Positions 9,288 to 19,445 of a DNA stretch of 60,537 nt are shown piece by piece. The notes under the pieces are model-generated. The model did not search any database and had not been told where the DNA came from. It saw nothing but the letters and a program-made list of their open reading frames with translations. The stretch comes from Ignavibacteria bacterium (GTDB lineage Bacteria > Bacteroidota > Ignavibacteria > Ignavibacteriales > SURF-24), in NCBI GenBank assembly GCA_037140715.1, contig JBAXDX010000003.1:1-60537 (forward strand). Direction: 5' to 3'. Made by a program: the position numbers and the translations under genes. Numbering within the stretch: the stretch's first letter is position 1; each line of letters begins with the position of its first letter.

Positions 9288-10430
9288 ATGAGTATTAATA
9301 ATTCCGCCGCTAAGGTATTGATTATTACAGCGCGCGCTGATTATGGTGGCGGGCCGGAGCATGTTTATAAGCTTATTCAATCGCTTAATAAAGATGTTAA
9401 TTTTTTTGTCGCTTGCCCAAAAGATATTCCTTACTGGCAAAGATATTCGGAAATTATTTCAGAGAGTAATCTTTTAGAGATTCCCCATCGCAAATTCAGT
9501 CTAAAATATTTATTTGTTCTAAGGAAATATGTTCGTGATAAAGATATTAATATTATTCATTCTCATGGAAAGGGTGCCGGAATATATAGCAGACCGCTTG
9601 CTTTATTAACTGGTATCTCTTGTCTCCATTCGTTTCATGGCGTTCATATTGGGCGTTATGGCATTCTAAAAATATATATATATATATGGATTGAGAGAAT
9701 ATTAGGATTATTTACTAAGAAGATACTTGCTGTATCAAAAGGCGAATATGATCTGATAAAAGAATATTCAATTGCGCCAGATAAAAAGCTGACGATGATA
9801 CCTAACGGTGTAAATATTCCGGAAAAAGGTGTTGATGAAGATGTCTGTAATAAAAATGTCAGGAATATTGTTTCCATTAGCAGGGAAGATTTTGCCAAGA
9901 ATCCTGATTTACTTATCGACATTATCAATTGCCTTGTTACTGTTTATAATCAAAAAAAATATATAATGATTGTCTTAGGTCCCGGATTGAAAGGAGCAGG
10001 GTTTGAGAAAAAGGTAAATGATGCCGGATTGAAAAATTACTTTAAAATTACCGGGACAGTAAGAGATACTCAGCATTATCTAAAAGAGGCTTTCTGTTAT
10101 TTATCCACATCGCGTTCCGAAGGAATGCCACTTGGCATACTTGAAGCGATGTCGCTTGGAATTCCGGTTATAGCTACAAACGTTGTTGGCAACATGGACC
10201 TTGTTAGAGATAATATTACCGGTTTGCTTTACGATATTGAAAGACCTCAGGAAGCCGCGGCCGCCATATTAAGATTGGTTGACGATTCCGCTTTATGGAA
10301 AAGTATGTCTAACGCCGCGCGCAGCGTTATAATTAATAATTATAGTCTCGAGAAAATGGCAAGTGGAATTCACAAAGAATATATTAAGTTACTAACGGAT
10401 GTTACGCAAAAATGTCATAACTATAATTAA
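9288..10430 (+). CDS. Glycosyltransferase family 4
   Basis: GGG.EH N-terminus and EGMPLGILEAM (Ex7E) motif. Confidence 0.9.
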   Translation: MSINNSAAKVLIITARADYGGGPEHVYKLIQSLNKDVNFFVACPKDIPYWQRYSEIISESNLLEIPHRKFSLKYLFVLRKYVRDKDINIIHSHGKGAGIYSRPLALLTGISCLHSFHGVHIGRYGILKIYIYIWIERILGLFTKKILAVSKGEYDLIKEYSIAPDKKLTMIPNGVNIPEKGVDEDVCNKNVRNIVSISREDFAKNPDLLIDIINCLVTVYNQKKYIMIVLGPGLKGAGFEKKVNDAGLKNYFKITGTVRDTQHYLKEAFCYLSTSRSEGMPLGILEAMSLGIPVIATNVVGNMDLVRDNITGLLYDIERPQEAAAAILRLVDDSALWKSMSNAARSVIINNYSLEKMASGIHKEYIKLLTDVTQKCHNYN

Positions 10431-10535
10431 ATGATCTATTTCATGCTGATTTGTGCTATCATATAAATCACACGAATCATAGTTCAATGAATTTTGTGTA
10501 ACATAAGTTACTAATATAGAGAAGAATAAATTATT

Positions 10536-11666
10536 ATGTCGAACAATTTGAAGAAAGCAATCATACATGAGTGGTTTGTAAACTATGCTGGTTCAGAAAG
10601 ATGCGTTGAGTCTTTTACTAATATGTGGACAGACGCTGAAGTTTACAGCCTTGTCGATTTCTTAAATGATCATGACCGCGGCATTATTCTAAAAGGAAAG
10701 AAGGCTCATACGTCTTTTATTCAGACTCTTCCATTTGCAAAAAAAAAACATAGAAACTACTTAGCTTTTTTTCCTATAGCGATTGAACAGTTTGATTTGG
10801 CTGAATATGATATTATACTTTCAAGCTCGCATGCGGTAGCTAAGGGTGTTCTTACAAATCCTAATCAGATGCATATTTGCTACTGCCATACGCCGATTCG
10901 TTATGCATGGGATCATTACCATCAGTATTTGAGAGAAGCGAATCTTACCAAAGGTATTGGCGGACTTATTGCAAAATCTGTTCTGCATTATCTTCGGGTT
11001 TGGGATTATACCGCATCAAACAGGGTCGATCATTACATCGCTAATTCAAAGCATATCGCGAAAAGAATAAAGAAAATTTATGGACGCGATTCCGAAGTTA
11101 TTTATCCGCCGGTCGATATTAATCTTTTCCCGGTTAGAACTGATAAAGAGAATTTTTATTTAACAGCTTCCCGTCTTGTGCCTTATAAACGCATTGATCT
11201 TATCGTTGAAGCATTTTCTAAAATGCCGGACAACAAGCTTGTCGTTATCGGACATGGACCGGAGATGAATAAGATAAAAGAAAAGGCTGGGCGTAATGTC
11301 GAGATACTTGGATATCAGCCGTTTGACCAGCTTAAAGATTATATGCAGAGAGCAAAAGCTTTTGTCTTTGCCGCTGAAGAAGATTTTGGGATTATTATTG
11401 TCGAAGCTCAGTCCTGCGGAACTCCCGTTATTGCATTAAATAAAGGGGGAACATCTGAAACTGTTGTAAATGGTCTTAACGGAATTCATTTCAACGAACA
11501 AACATCTGATTCTATCATTGGAGCTGTGAAAAATTTTGAAAAGGCGGGAAATAATTTTGACGCTGTGAATATAAGTAATATTGCCAAGGGCTATTCGAGG
11601 GAAATATTCGAAGCGAATATCCGCCGGTTTATAGATATAAAGTCTTCAGAATTTTTTAGTAAATAA
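10536..11666 (+). CDS. Glycosyltransferase family 4 (mannosyltransferase-like)
   Basis: HEW...AGSER, YCHTPIRYAWD and EEDFGIIIVEAQ motifs. Confidence 0.9.
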   Translation: MSNNLKKAIIHEWFVNYAGSERCVESFTNMWTDAEVYSLVDFLNDHDRGIILKGKKAHTSFIQTLPFAKKKHRNYLAFFPIAIEQFDLAEYDIILSSSHAVAKGVLTNPNQMHICYCHTPIRYAWDHYHQYLREANLTKGIGGLIAKSVLHYLRVWDYTASNRVDHYIANSKHIAKRIKKIYGRDSEVIYPPVDINLFPVRTDKENFYLTASRLVPYKRIDLIVEAFSKMPDNKLVVIGHGPEMNKIKEKAGRNVEILGYQPFDQLKDYMQRAKAFVFAAEEDFGIIIVEAQSCGTPVIALNKGGTSETVVNGLNGIHFNEQTSDSIIGAVKNFEKAGNNFDAVNISNIAKGYSREIFEANIRRFIDIKSSEFFSK

Positions 11667-11667
11667 A

Positions 11668-13068
11668 ATGACATCCAACAAAAATATAATCTATTATTTA
11701 ACAATCTTCGCAGATTTTATTTTATTAAATATAGCTTTCACATTTTCAGCTTCCTTTGCGCAGTCTTTTCGTCTGCTCTTACAGAACAGACCAATGTTTG
11801 TGCTTTGTCTGATACTTAATATTATCTGGTTCTTTTCAGCAAATGTTATAGAATTTTATGAGGACTCCGGTGCGGGGGATTTTGTAAAAGATATTATTAA
11901 CATATTAAAAAATTCTATTATTCAGGCAATCGTTGCAGTCTTTTATCTCTTCTTAATTAAAGAAAACCTGTTTACAAGAAATTTTATTCTCTATTATTTC
12001 CTTCTTCTTGTATTGTTCATTACCGTAGAGAAAATTATTTTTGTTTACATCTTAAAATATTTGAAACAGATGGATTATAACATCCGAAAGATTCTGATAG
12101 TTGGTTCTGGCGAGATTGGAACTAATTTTTATAATTCTCTAATCAATCAGGGCGACTCAGGCTACAGAATAATCGGATTTCTGGACGATGGGCAGGATGG
12201 CAATCAACAGTCGCTTGGTAGGATTGACGAATTGAACGAAGCGCTGAGAGTCAATAAAGTTGACGATGTTGTAATCGCATTGCCATACTCTGAGTTTAGT
12301 AGAATAGAAGCGCTTATTAAAATCTGCAATCGCAATGCAATACGCACACATATAATACCCGACTATTTCCGGTTTGTTTCCAAGAAGTTCAAGATATCAA
12401 TGATAGATAACCTGCCGATTATCACCGTGCGGAATGAACCGCTTGCAGAATTTTACTGGAGATTGATCAAGCGGATTGTCGATATAATTCTTTCTCTAAT
12501 TTTCATTGTATTTGTTTTGTCATGGGTGTTACCCTTGGTCGCGCTCATACAGAAGCTGACCTCACCTGGGTCTATTTTCTTTATTCAGGAGAGAGTAGGG
12601 CAGAAGAATAGATACTTTTACTGCCTAAAATTCCGTTCGATGTCGCTTGAGGCCAGCGCTAAGAGAAATGAGGTTATTGCAACCACCGATAATGATCCGA
12701 GGGTTACTAAATTCGGGAAGTTTTTGCGTAAGAGTAATGTTGATGAATTCCCACAGTTTTTTAATGTGTTGATGGGTGATATGTCTATCGTTGGGCCGCG
12801 TCCGGCAGCTGTGTCGTTCAATGAACTATATGCTGAATATATTGACGAACTAAAACTGCGGAATATTGTAAAGCCCGGAATTACCGGCTGGGCGCAGGTG
12901 AATGGATTAAGGGGTGATTGTCCTGATGAAGAAGGAAATAAGAAAAGAATCAGGAAGCGCTTTGATTATGACTTGTGGTATATTGAGAACTGGTCGTTGA
13001 TGCTTGATTTTCAGATAATACTGCTGACTTTTTGGCAAATTCTCAAACGGAAAAACTTAGGGCAATAA
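11668..13068 (+). CDS. wcaJ: Undecaprenyl-phosphate sugar phosphotransferase (WcaJ/WbaP family priming enzyme)
   Basis: N-terminal TMs, Rossmann-like middle domain, KFRSM, DEFPQF.NV..GDMS.VGPRP, KPGITGWAQV and D.WYIENWS motifs. Confidence 0.88.
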   Translation: MTSNKNIIYYLTIFADFILLNIAFTFSASFAQSFRLLLQNRPMFVLCLILNIIWFFSANVIEFYEDSGAGDFVKDIINILKNSIIQAIVAVFYLFLIKENLFTRNFILYYFLLLVLFITVEKIIFVYILKYLKQMDYNIRKILIVGSGEIGTNFYNSLINQGDSGYRIIGFLDDGQDGNQQSLGRIDELNEALRVNKVDDVVIALPYSEFSRIEALIKICNRNAIRTHIIPDYFRFVSKKFKISMIDNLPIITVRNEPLAEFYWRLIKRIVDIILSLIFIVFVLSWVLPLVALIQKLTSPGSIFFIQERVGQKNRYFYCLKFRSMSLEASAKRNEVIATTDNDPRVTKFGKFLRKSNVDEFPQFFNVLMGDMSIVGPRPAAVSFNELYAEYIDELKLRNIVKPGITGWAQVNGLRGDCPDEEGNKKRIRKRFDYDLWYIENWSLMLDFQIILLTFWQILKRKNLGQ

Positions 13069-13288
13069 CAGAACAGCAAAAAAAACATTTTTAGCGTAAA
13101 AACGAAGAACTATTTCCGCATGGGGGTTGTCGGTTTGTTCGCACGCGCAGTTTCTGCGTCCGCAAGGGTTGTTCTATTATTCGTATGAAAAGTATGGTAT
13201 CCGGGTGCTATGCGCATATCAAATCTGGTGAATTACCTTAATAGCCACAAATCAACGGGAGCGTAAAACAAGGTATGTGCAACAATTA

Positions 13289-14125
13289 TTATCTTGCAGA
13301 AAGTGTGGAAGTAAGTTTATGTCGCTGAACAAGTGTCTGAGCAATCTTCATTATTGACATTGAAACCTGCGTACCAGGTAGCTTTTTCAGATAAAGTTCC
13401 TGCGCCATAATCATTCTAGTTACGCTCTGATCATTTAGCACGATACCCAACAGAAGCACGGTTTCATGGAGAAAATGTTTGGCGGCATTACTTATATTTT
13501 CAAAAGCGGCATTCCCATCATTTTCATTAAAGCATTTATTTACCACAACAAGATTCTTTGTGACGGATCCTGCATTATTCAAAAGCTTAACAATAACGTA
13601 AGCATCCATGATCGATGTAGGTTCTGGATTAATTATCAAAATATTTGTATGTATATTCTTCAGAATATAAATAATATCATCGCTTGCTCCGGCACCTATA
13701 TCGAGGAAAATATAGTCGAATTCTTTGCTTAACTCCCATATTTCCCCAAGAAGAAGATCAAGGTCCTTCTCGCTTTGAAAAGGATAATCAACCCTTCCCG
13801 AGTCGCCAAAGATAAAGGAAATATTTCTGTCGTAAGGCATTATAAGGTCTTTAAGCGAATTTATATTTTTAAAAAAATTGATCAGAGTTCTCTCTGCCTT
13901 TATGTTAAGCATAATGTTTATATTGGAGAGATTCGCATCCAGATCGATTAAAAGAATTTTCTTTTTGAACTTTGCAAGAGAGTATGCCGTGTTAAGTGAG
14001 ATAAAGGTCTTACCTGTTCCCCCCTTGCCAGAGCTAAATGCAACAATCTGTCCACCATTATGCGGTTTTTGTTTGTTTGCCTTTAATTTATTTAATTCAA
14101 CTAATCGTTCTGCTTGTCCAATCAT
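13289..14125 (-). CDS. flhG: FlhG/FleN MinD-family ATPase
   Basis: Deviant Walker A SGKGGTGKT, PEPTSI.DAY motif, directly after flhF. Confidence 0.9.
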   Translation of the reverse strand: MIGQAERLVELNKLKANKQKPHNGGQIVAFSSGKGGTGKTFISLNTAYSLAKFKKKILLIDLDANLSNINIMLNIKAERTLINFFKNINSLKDLIMPYDRNISFIFGDSGRVDYPFQSEKDLDLLLGEIWELSKEFDYIFLDIGAGASDDIIYILKNIHTNILIINPEPTSIMDAYVIVKLLNNAGSVTKNLVVVNKCFNENDGNAAFENISNAAKHFLHETVLLLGIVLNDQSVTRMIMAQELYLKKLPGTQVSMSIMKIAQTLVQRHKLTSTLSAR

Positions 14126-15270
14126 TTGCTGATTTTTCCTGTATAAATCATATTAGCAATAAATTCCGAATCGGCAGCTATTATATCATCCGGGATTACC
14201 TGTCCGTTCGTTAAATACTTAACGGGAACATTGTAAGTGGAGCTAATATTAAGAATATTGCCGAATGAAACAGCCTCATCGAGCTTTGAAAAAACGATAC
14301 CGTTATAGTTAAGTACTTTAAATTTCTCAGCAACATCGAATGTATTTTTGGTAGTAGTCGTTGCGCTAAGAACAAGATAGACTTCGTCTGCCTTAAGATA
14401 AGATAAAAACTTCTGGGTATCCTTAAGCAACTCAGTATTATTCTGGCTTCTGCCCGCGGTATCAACAAAAATTACATTTTTCTTTTTAAATGAAGCAAGG
14501 AGACTGGGTATCTCCTGCGGTTCGTAAGCTACGCGGAGTTCGATATTACTTATTTCCGAGAATATTTTCAGTTGATCAATTGCCCCGAGTCGAAATGTGT
14601 CTAATGATATCAGACCTATATTTAGATTGTGAAGTATCTTGGAGATTACAGCCAGCTTGGCAATGCAAGTAGTTTTGCCAACTCCCGTAGGACCAACAAG
14701 AGCTATGACTTTGGTCTTTTGCTTCTTCTGAATTTCGAAAGAAGAAGTTGGTATCATTGAAGCTATGGTAGAGATAACATAATTATCAATGTTTGACGGT
14801 TCCAAAAAATCGGAATATTTCCCAAGTTGATTAATGATTGCTTCAACCAGCCTCTTCTGGATATCTCTTTGAATAAGCGTATCCTTAATATCATGGATCT
14901 CTTTGAAAAGAACATCTTTCTGAGCAGTTTTTATTTTTGGGTCGGGAACCCTTGCAACTACACGAGTCTTGACAGAAGGAGCTTCTTTTTTTTGTGCAGT
15001 AAACACTCTGTCGGAAAGATCCTTCAGTTCATCTGCGAAATTTTTATCCGGAGGAGCACTCATCTTTGTCTTAACTGTTGTCTTAAGCGAGGCTGAACGG
15101 TCATAATCATCTTCAATACCGGCGGTCAGCTCGAAAACTCTTTTCTGTTTATACCTCGGGTCATCATCGATTATTCTGGTGCTTAATACAATAGCATCGC
15201 CACCGAGTTCTTTTTTCATTTGAGCTGCAGCTTCTTTAAGCGTGGGGGCGATGTATTTCTTAATTTGCAT
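14122..15270 (-). CDS. flhF: Flagellar SRP-type GTPase FlhF
   Basis: GPTGVGKTT, DTFR.GA, DTAGRS, KLDE and GQ.IPDD motifs. Confidence 0.95.
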   Translation of the reverse strand: MQIKKYIAPTLKEAAAQMKKELGGDAIVLSTRIIDDDPRYKQKRVFELTAGIEDDYDRSASLKTTVKTKMSAPPDKNFADELKDLSDRVFTAQKKEAPSVKTRVVARVPDPKIKTAQKDVLFKEIHDIKDTLIQRDIQKRLVEAIINQLGKYSDFLEPSNIDNYVISTIASMIPTSSFEIQKKQKTKVIALVGPTGVGKTTCIAKLAVISKILHNLNIGLISLDTFRLGAIDQLKIFSEISNIELRVAYEPQEIPSLLASFKKKNVIFVDTAGRSQNNTELLKDTQKFLSYLKADEVYLVLSATTTTKNTFDVAEKFKVLNYNGIVFSKLDEAVSFGNILNISSTYNVPVKYLTNGQVIPDDIIAADSEFIANMIYTGKISK

Positions 15271-17308
15271 TATCTACCTCTAATTTCCCGATGAATTCTA
15301 TTTCAACATCCGAAGGTAATTCTGTATATGATAATACTGCTACTTCAGGAAAACTTGAATTTATGAGTCTGTAAAAATATGGTCTAAGCGTTGCCGATGT
15401 TACAATAACCGGAGGATAGCCAAGCATCTTGAAATTCTGCATCTGCTCCTTAATTGTAATATTCAGATCGTTAAGCATACGTGGAGAAAGCCCGAGAGTC
15501 TGAACGGCTTCTTTCTGATTCTGCAGAGCGCGCGTGATAAAGTTTTCTATCTGACCGCCAAGGGCGACAGCATGAATGATGCCGCGGGGGTCGCGGTAAA
15601 GATAAGATATTGTATCGCCAAGAGAATGTCTTACATATTCAACAAGCACATCAATATTTTTAGTTATTTTTGAATAATCAATAAGCGATTCGAGTATCTG
15701 TACGAGGTCCTTAATCGGGATAAGCTCTTTGAGGAGACTCTGAAGAACCTTTTGAATCGTCCCAAGTGGAAGTATATCAGGATTAATATCTTCAATAACC
15801 GCCGGATAATCCTTCTTTAAGTTCTCCAGCAACTGCTTAACTGCCTGACGCGTAATTACCTTATCAAAATTCTTCTTTAATGTTTCCTGAAGGTGTGTTG
15901 AAAGTACTGATATACTATCAACAACAGTATAGCCAAGCAACTCAGCCCTGTCTTTTTCCTGCTTTGTTATCCAATAGCCTTCGAGTCCAAACGCGGGATC
16001 TACAGATGGGATACCATCTACTATATCAGTAACATTACCTGGGTTCATAGCCAGATAGCGGTCCGTATAAATTTCATAAGCTGAGACAACATTACCCTTC
16101 ATTTTTATAATATACTCATTAGAATTAAGTTGCAGATTGTCTCTTACCCGAACGGGAGGAATGAGCACACCATATTCAAGAGCAATATATTTTCGTGTCG
16201 ATGAAATCTTCTGAAAAAGATTACCGCCTTGATTCTCATCAACAAGAGAAATAAGTCCGTAACCGATTTCAACTTCAATCGGGTCCACCTGCAAATACTG
16301 CTCAACTTTTTCTTCAGTTGGTTCTGATACTATTTCTTCAGGCGTATCAATAATCTGTGGCAGATTCTTTTTCTTGCTGGTAAAATAAGCCGAAGTGCCA
16401 AGTGATATTCCAATTATCAAAAATGGTAAGACTGGCATTCCAGGAACAAGAGCAATCAGAAACACAGCACCAGAAACAGTTCCAAGCACGCGTGGATTAG
16501 AAAACAGCTGGTTACGCATTTGAATATCAAGCGAAACACCCGCGGCACTTTTTGTTACGACCAGACCGGCAGCGGTAGATACAAGTAAAGCTGGTATCTG
16601 TGAAACAAGACCATCTCCAATAGTAAGAATAGTATATGACGTAATAGCATCGGAAAAACTAAGACCACGCTGGGCAACCCCAATAATAAATCCGCCAATG
16701 ATATTTATAGCATTTATGATAAGTCCCGCAACCGCATCTCCTTTCACAAATTTACTTGCGCCGTCCATTGCTCCATAAAACTCAGCTTCGCGCGAAATGT
16801 TTTCGCGTCTTGCGCGTGCTTCAGATTCGGTGATAAGACCGGTATTTAAATCGGCATCAATCGCCATCTGCTTGCCAGGCATAGCATCAAGAGTAAATCT
16901 TGCGGCGACTTCAGAAATTCTACCAGAGCCTTTTACAATTACAATAAACTGAATTATAACAAGGATAATAAATATGATAAAACCTACTACATAATTACCG
17001 CCGACAACGAATGTCCCAAATGACTCAATGACCTTGCCAGCATAGCCATCAAGCAAAATGAGCCTTGTCGAGCTGATATTAAGCGATAATCTGAAGAGGG
17101 TAAGTACGAGCAGGAGTCCTGGAAAGACGGAAATGTCAGTCGGGGTATTTATGTAAAGAGAAACTATAAGAATTAGAACTGAAAAAGTTATACTGATAGC
17201 CAGAAGGAAGTCAAGGATAGATGGCGGCAATGGGACAAGCATCAGTCCTAATATCATAATTAAGCCGAAGGCAAGAAGTATATCAGTATTTTTGCCGAGA
17301 AGTTTCAT
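15260..17308 (-). CDS. flhA: Flagellar export apparatus protein FlhA
   Basis: EVAARFTLDAMPGKQMAIDADL and FYGAMDGASKFVKGDA motifs. Confidence 0.97.
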   Translation of the reverse strand: MKLLGKNTDILLAFGLIMILGLMLVPLPPSILDFLLAISITFSVLILIVSLYINTPTDISVFPGLLLVLTLFRLSLNISSTRLILLDGYAGKVIESFGTFVVGGNYVVGFIIFIILVIIQFIVIVKGSGRISEVAARFTLDAMPGKQMAIDADLNTGLITESEARARRENISREAEFYGAMDGASKFVKGDAVAGLIINAINIIGGFIIGVAQRGLSFSDAITSYTILTIGDGLVSQIPALLVSTAAGLVVTKSAAGVSLDIQMRNQLFSNPRVLGTVSGAVFLIALVPGMPVLPFLIIGISLGTSAYFTSKKKNLPQIIDTPEEIVSEPTEEKVEQYLQVDPIEVEIGYGLISLVDENQGGNLFQKISSTRKYIALEYGVLIPPVRVRDNLQLNSNEYIIKMKGNVVSAYEIYTDRYLAMNPGNVTDIVDGIPSVDPAFGLEGYWITKQEKDRAELLGYTVVDSISVLSTHLQETLKKNFDKVITRQAVKQLLENLKKDYPAVIEDINPDILPLGTIQKVLQSLLKELIPIKDLVQILESLIDYSKITKNIDVLVEYVRHSLGDTISYLYRDPRGIIHAVALGGQIENFITRALQNQKEAVQTLGLSPRMLNDLNITIKEQMQNFKMLGYPPVIVTSATLRPYFYRLINSSFPEVAVLSYTELPSDVEIEFIGKLEVDNAN

Positions 17309-17310
17309 GA

Positions 17311-18396
17311 TTAGACTATTGATTTCCTTTTCTTTTCATTTCGTAATCTAAAAATATATGCCAATATCTGTGCCACTGTCTTAAACAAATCTCCTGGTAT
17401 TTCATCTCCTACTTCGCACATTTTGTAAAGCGCTCTTGCAAGTTCACGGTCCTCATGCAAAGGTACTTCGTTTTCGACCGCAATTTTTTTAATCCTCTGT
17501 GCTAAGGCATCTACACCTTTCGCGATTACCTTAGGAGCCGAGTCATTTGCAAGATCGTATTGAAGAGCAACAGCAAAATGAGTCGGGTTTGTTATTACAA
17601 CGTCAGCTTTGGGGATTTCCTTCATCATTCTACTTTTTGCAGCTTTTAACTGCGCGCTCCTAATCTTACCCTTAATTTGAGGATCGCCATCCTGCGATTT
17701 TGACTCCTCCTTTACTTCGACTTTTGTCATCATCATATCATTCCTGAATTTATATTTCTGATAAGCAAAATCGGCGAAAGCCATAATCGCATATACAGAA
17801 GCAATTTTAATGAGTAACGAATATGAAGCCTCAATCATAAAAATAACAATTTCATCAATTGAATAATTAACTAACCCGGTCGAGTTGACAACAAAATCCT
17901 TCAAGGCGTTATAAGTGAAAAGTCCAATAATAAACAATTTAATTAAACTCTTGCCTACCTCAATAAATGAACGACTTGAAAAGAAAATACCTTTGAGATT
18001 CGAGAGAGGATTAAACTTGCTCATCTTCGGAGAAAGAGCCTCAGTACTGAACTTAAAGCCTATCTGTCCGTAACTTGCAATAATTGAAATGACTACTAGT
18101 CCTATAAATATTGGAGCACATGTCGAGATGAAAAAGAGCGATCCTTTAATTGCATATTCAATCACAAGATCTCTTCTTAACTGAAGCTTATCAAGGTCGT
18201 GAAAAATATTGTAAGTAAACAAGCTGATTTTATTGCCAAGAAATTTATTTGTCATATAGACAAGAAGCAAGCCTGTCGAAAAAACCGCAAATGAGTTCAA
18301 TTCAACACTTTTAGCTACCTGCCCTTTATCTCTTGCCTCACCAAGTTTTTTCCCGGAGGCTTGTTCGGTTTTTTCCTGTCCGTCCGCTTCTGCCAT
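17311..18396 (-). CDS. flhB: Flagellar export protein FlhB
   Basis: N-terminal EKTE motif and NPTH autocleavage motif. Confidence 0.97.
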   Translation of the reverse strand: MAEADGQEKTEQASGKKLGEARDKGQVAKSVELNSFAVFSTGLLLVYMTNKFLGNKISLFTYNIFHDLDKLQLRRDLVIEYAIKGSLFFISTCAPIFIGLVVISIIASYGQIGFKFSTEALSPKMSKFNPLSNLKGIFFSSRSFIEVGKSLIKLFIIGLFTYNALKDFVVNSTGLVNYSIDEIVIFMIEASYSLLIKIASVYAIMAFADFAYQKYKFRNDMMMTKVEVKEESKSQDGDPQIKGKIRSAQLKAAKSRMMKEIPKADVVITNPTHFAVALQYDLANDSAPKVIAKGVDALAQRIKKIAVENEVPLHEDRELARALYKMCEVGDEIPGDLFKTVAQILAYIFRLRNEKKRKSIV

Positions 18397-18399
18397 TTA

Positions 18400-19179
18400 T
18401 CAAGTCCCCATTGCTCTGATTAATTCATAAAGGCTGTTCTCAAAACTACTGAGGAGATTATTGATGAAGTAAACATAAACAGGAAGCGAAGCTATTAATA
18501 GTATAAAGCCTATGCCGATTTTGAGCGGCTGTGTTACAAAAAAGACCTGCATCTGTGGAATCGCTCTTGAAATAATTCCTTCGGCAAGATTAATTAGAAA
18601 AAAGGAGACCATTATCGGAGCGGCCATTTTAATGGCAATAATAAAAATCATGGCTGAGTACTTTATCAAAAGCTGGAAGGCTGGCTCTGTAACAGTATAT
18701 TTGCCGATTGATATAACCTTAAAGGAAACTACAATTGCTCTGATTAAATAATGATGACCGTTAATTAAAAAGAAAAGCAACGTTCCGAATATATTTAACA
18801 GTTCGCCTATCGCGGTACTCTCGGTCTCCATCATCGGATTCATTACGCTTGCCATTGATAACCCCATATCTATTCCAATAAGTACGCCGGCAAAATCAAT
18901 TCCATAAAAAATAATATTTAACATAAAGCCTATCATTAAACCTGTAATGACTTCCTTAACTCCATTTAAGACAATAGAAACAAAATCCAGTTCAACATGG
19001 ACATTAGTAGTCTTAATTATTGTAATGAATGATATATAGGCAAGTACTGCGGCAATAAGTATTCTTCCCAAAACAGGGAAAGCTTTGTGGCTTAGAATAG
19101 GAGCCGCACTAAACATAGCAATAATTCTTAAAAATATCAGCAATGTAATGACAAAGTCAGGAATTAAAATATCAGTCAT
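18400..19179 (-). CDS. fliR: Flagellar export protein FliR
   Basis: Hydrophobic; INGHH and RAIPQMQVF motifs; operon position. Confidence 0.93.
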   Translation of the reverse strand: MTDILIPDFVITLLIFLRIIAMFSAAPILSHKAFPVLGRILIAAVLAYISFITIIKTTNVHVELDFVSIVLNGVKEVITGLMIGFMLNIIFYGIDFAGVLIGIDMGLSMASVMNPMMETESTAIGELLNIFGTLLFFLINGHHYLIRAIVVSFKVISIGKYTVTEPAFQLLIKYSAMIFIIAIKMAAPIMVSFFLINLAEGIISRAIPQMQVFFVTQPLKIGIGFILLIASLPVYVYFINNLLSSFENSLYELIRAMGT

Positions 19180-19445
19180 CTTATTACGGCTGGGAACATA
19201 TTAATGAGCTTGACTGTAATGGTAATCATTTGGTCCATCATCCACGGCAACAATATAATAATTGCGATGCCGGTAATTAATATCTTTGGAACGAAGGTCA
19301 GCGTTGTCTCCTGAATTGAAGTGGCAGCTTGAAATATCGAGATAAAAATACCGACAACCAGCGATATTCCCAAAATTGGAAGAATAATCAGAAAAGTTGT
19401 ATAAAATACATCTGATAATATTGATACTACAAGTTCTTGCGTCAT
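19176..19445 (-). CDS. fliQ: Flagellar export protein FliQ
   Basis: FQAATSIQETTLTFVPK motif. Confidence 0.95.
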   Translation of the reverse strand: MTQELVVSILSDVFYTTFLIILPILGISLVVGIFISIFQAATSIQETTLTFVPKILITGIAIIILLPWMMDQMITITVKLINMFPAVIR

